Source: Lama guanicoe (lineage: Eukaryota). Taken from it: a stretch of DNA of 64,000 nt. The notes below the pieces were generated by a model, which ran no database searches, was not told the DNA's origin, and saw nothing but the letters and a program-made list of their open reading frames with translations. This document shows, one piece after another, positions 62,906 to 64,000 of the stretch. Position 1 is the stretch's first letter. Each line of letters begins with the position of its first letter. The stretch covers positions 1,860,001 through 1,924,000 of the forward strand of contig MU054323.1 in NCBI GenBank assembly GCA_013239625.1. The letters run 5' to 3'. Position numbers and translations under genes: made by a program.

Positions 62906-64000
62906 ATGGGGAAGATAATACAACTTTTTATCCATTTCTAACTCTTGATTAATTTTGCTTTTCTTGTGGATTAGAAGACATTACTAGGAAAAAAATTCCT
63001 ATCCCTCTTGTAAACATGGGTCTATGATGTATTTTATTAAGCCAAGGCTAAATCCACAAACAGTGACTGTGACAAGCAGGTCTGATGACAGTACTGTTGA
63101 TTAATCTCCATAAACTGGAGCATTTGCATTTAGGAAACTGAACAGTTAAGGAACACTCAGCCTTATATCAGCATGTTGGGTATTCACTGACTGGTGAATA
63201 TTGACTATGCATATTAGTCAGAATTGTCCAAAAGAATGAGCACACTGTGGCCACTGGTCTGGCTGTGTTGACAGATGTATTCCTTGGTTAGAGAATGCTT
63301 CTTTATTCAGCCCATTCGCCAGACCTCAGTACTGCCTCTACCAATTCTGCTCTGCTACAGAGCTGGCCCCAGTAGGAAAGGAAGAGAGAGGTAACAATCC
63401 CTGTGTCTCTGCCTGAGGGATGGCAGGTGACACGGTTACGCCTATACTTCCCAGGCACTAGCATTGCAGCTCCACTTGATCCCTTTTGTCTTTTGTTCTC
63501 TATGCCTTCCTCCCTGCTGCTAACCTCACAAGTGCTCAGTGCTCTGTTCTCCATCCCTATATCATAGCCCTGGCAGAAGGATGTTCTTCTTATTACCAAC
63601 ACAATAATCTCTCCCAGAGGAGGATGTTCAGCCTTGAACCTTGGCTCTCGTTGGGAATTGATATTGGAAATGAATCTGTTCCTTAAGGTCCTGAGATATT
63701 CAAAGCTCTCAATTTCTTCTGCCACCTCCACCCCCATGTCCTTGATAATATATGCCCAGGGTCCACAAACATTTAATTGGAGAGCTCAGTTGTGTAATTT
63801 TCTCCTCTTTAGACTACCCTATAAGTATTGAAATTGAACAAGATCTTTCAAAGTACTTAAGTGATATTTTGTTGATGTACACATGGGGGTGAATAAATAT
63901 ACATATATTAAATAATTATTTATCAGGCTAATTAGCCCCAAACCATTAGCTTTTTTTTTTTTAGGTAAAGCCTAATGCTTGCAGGGAGGAGGTGTTTTTG

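Noticed and set aside
63303..63790. 144-aa minus-strand ORF, and possible L2 RT remnant (SAQCSVLHP versus VPQGSVLGP) on the plus strand
   Set aside because: No recognisable protein, and the L2 resemblance is too weak to call without an alignment.
1..64000. Host-gene strand inferred from L1 orientation bias
   Set aside because: L1 fragments occur in similar numbers on both strands, so no inference is possible.

Overview
This is AT-rich, CpG-depleted mammalian nuclear DNA, intergenic or deep intronic, and dominated by transposable-element relics. It holds L1 fragments of several ages, L2 and MIR relics, MaLR/ERVL/ERV1 LTRs, Tigger and hAT-Charlie DNA transposons, and two tRNA-Ala-derived SINEs. 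The SINEs resemble the camelid Vic-1 family. With no Alu, Bov-A/Bov-tA, PRE-1 or Can-SINE seen, the source is probably a camelid (inference). I recognise no intact protein-coding gene, functional RNA gene, CpG island or CRISPR array; the ORFs with recognisable homology are decayed L1 ORF2 pieces. A 488-N gap (37703-38190) is flanked by two near-identical copies of about 2 kb, most likely a false or haplotype duplication. The most notable structures are a rearranged L1 with an internal inversion, a 186/223-bp tandem duplication, two divergent MER41-like solo LTRs, a run of in-frame candidate exons at 54-57 kb, and a few CpG-retaining non-repeat islets. I found no supportable evidence for a novel biological system. 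Repeat family names are from memory of consensus sequences, boundaries are approximate unless TSDs are quoted, and all need RepeatMasker/Dfam confirmation.
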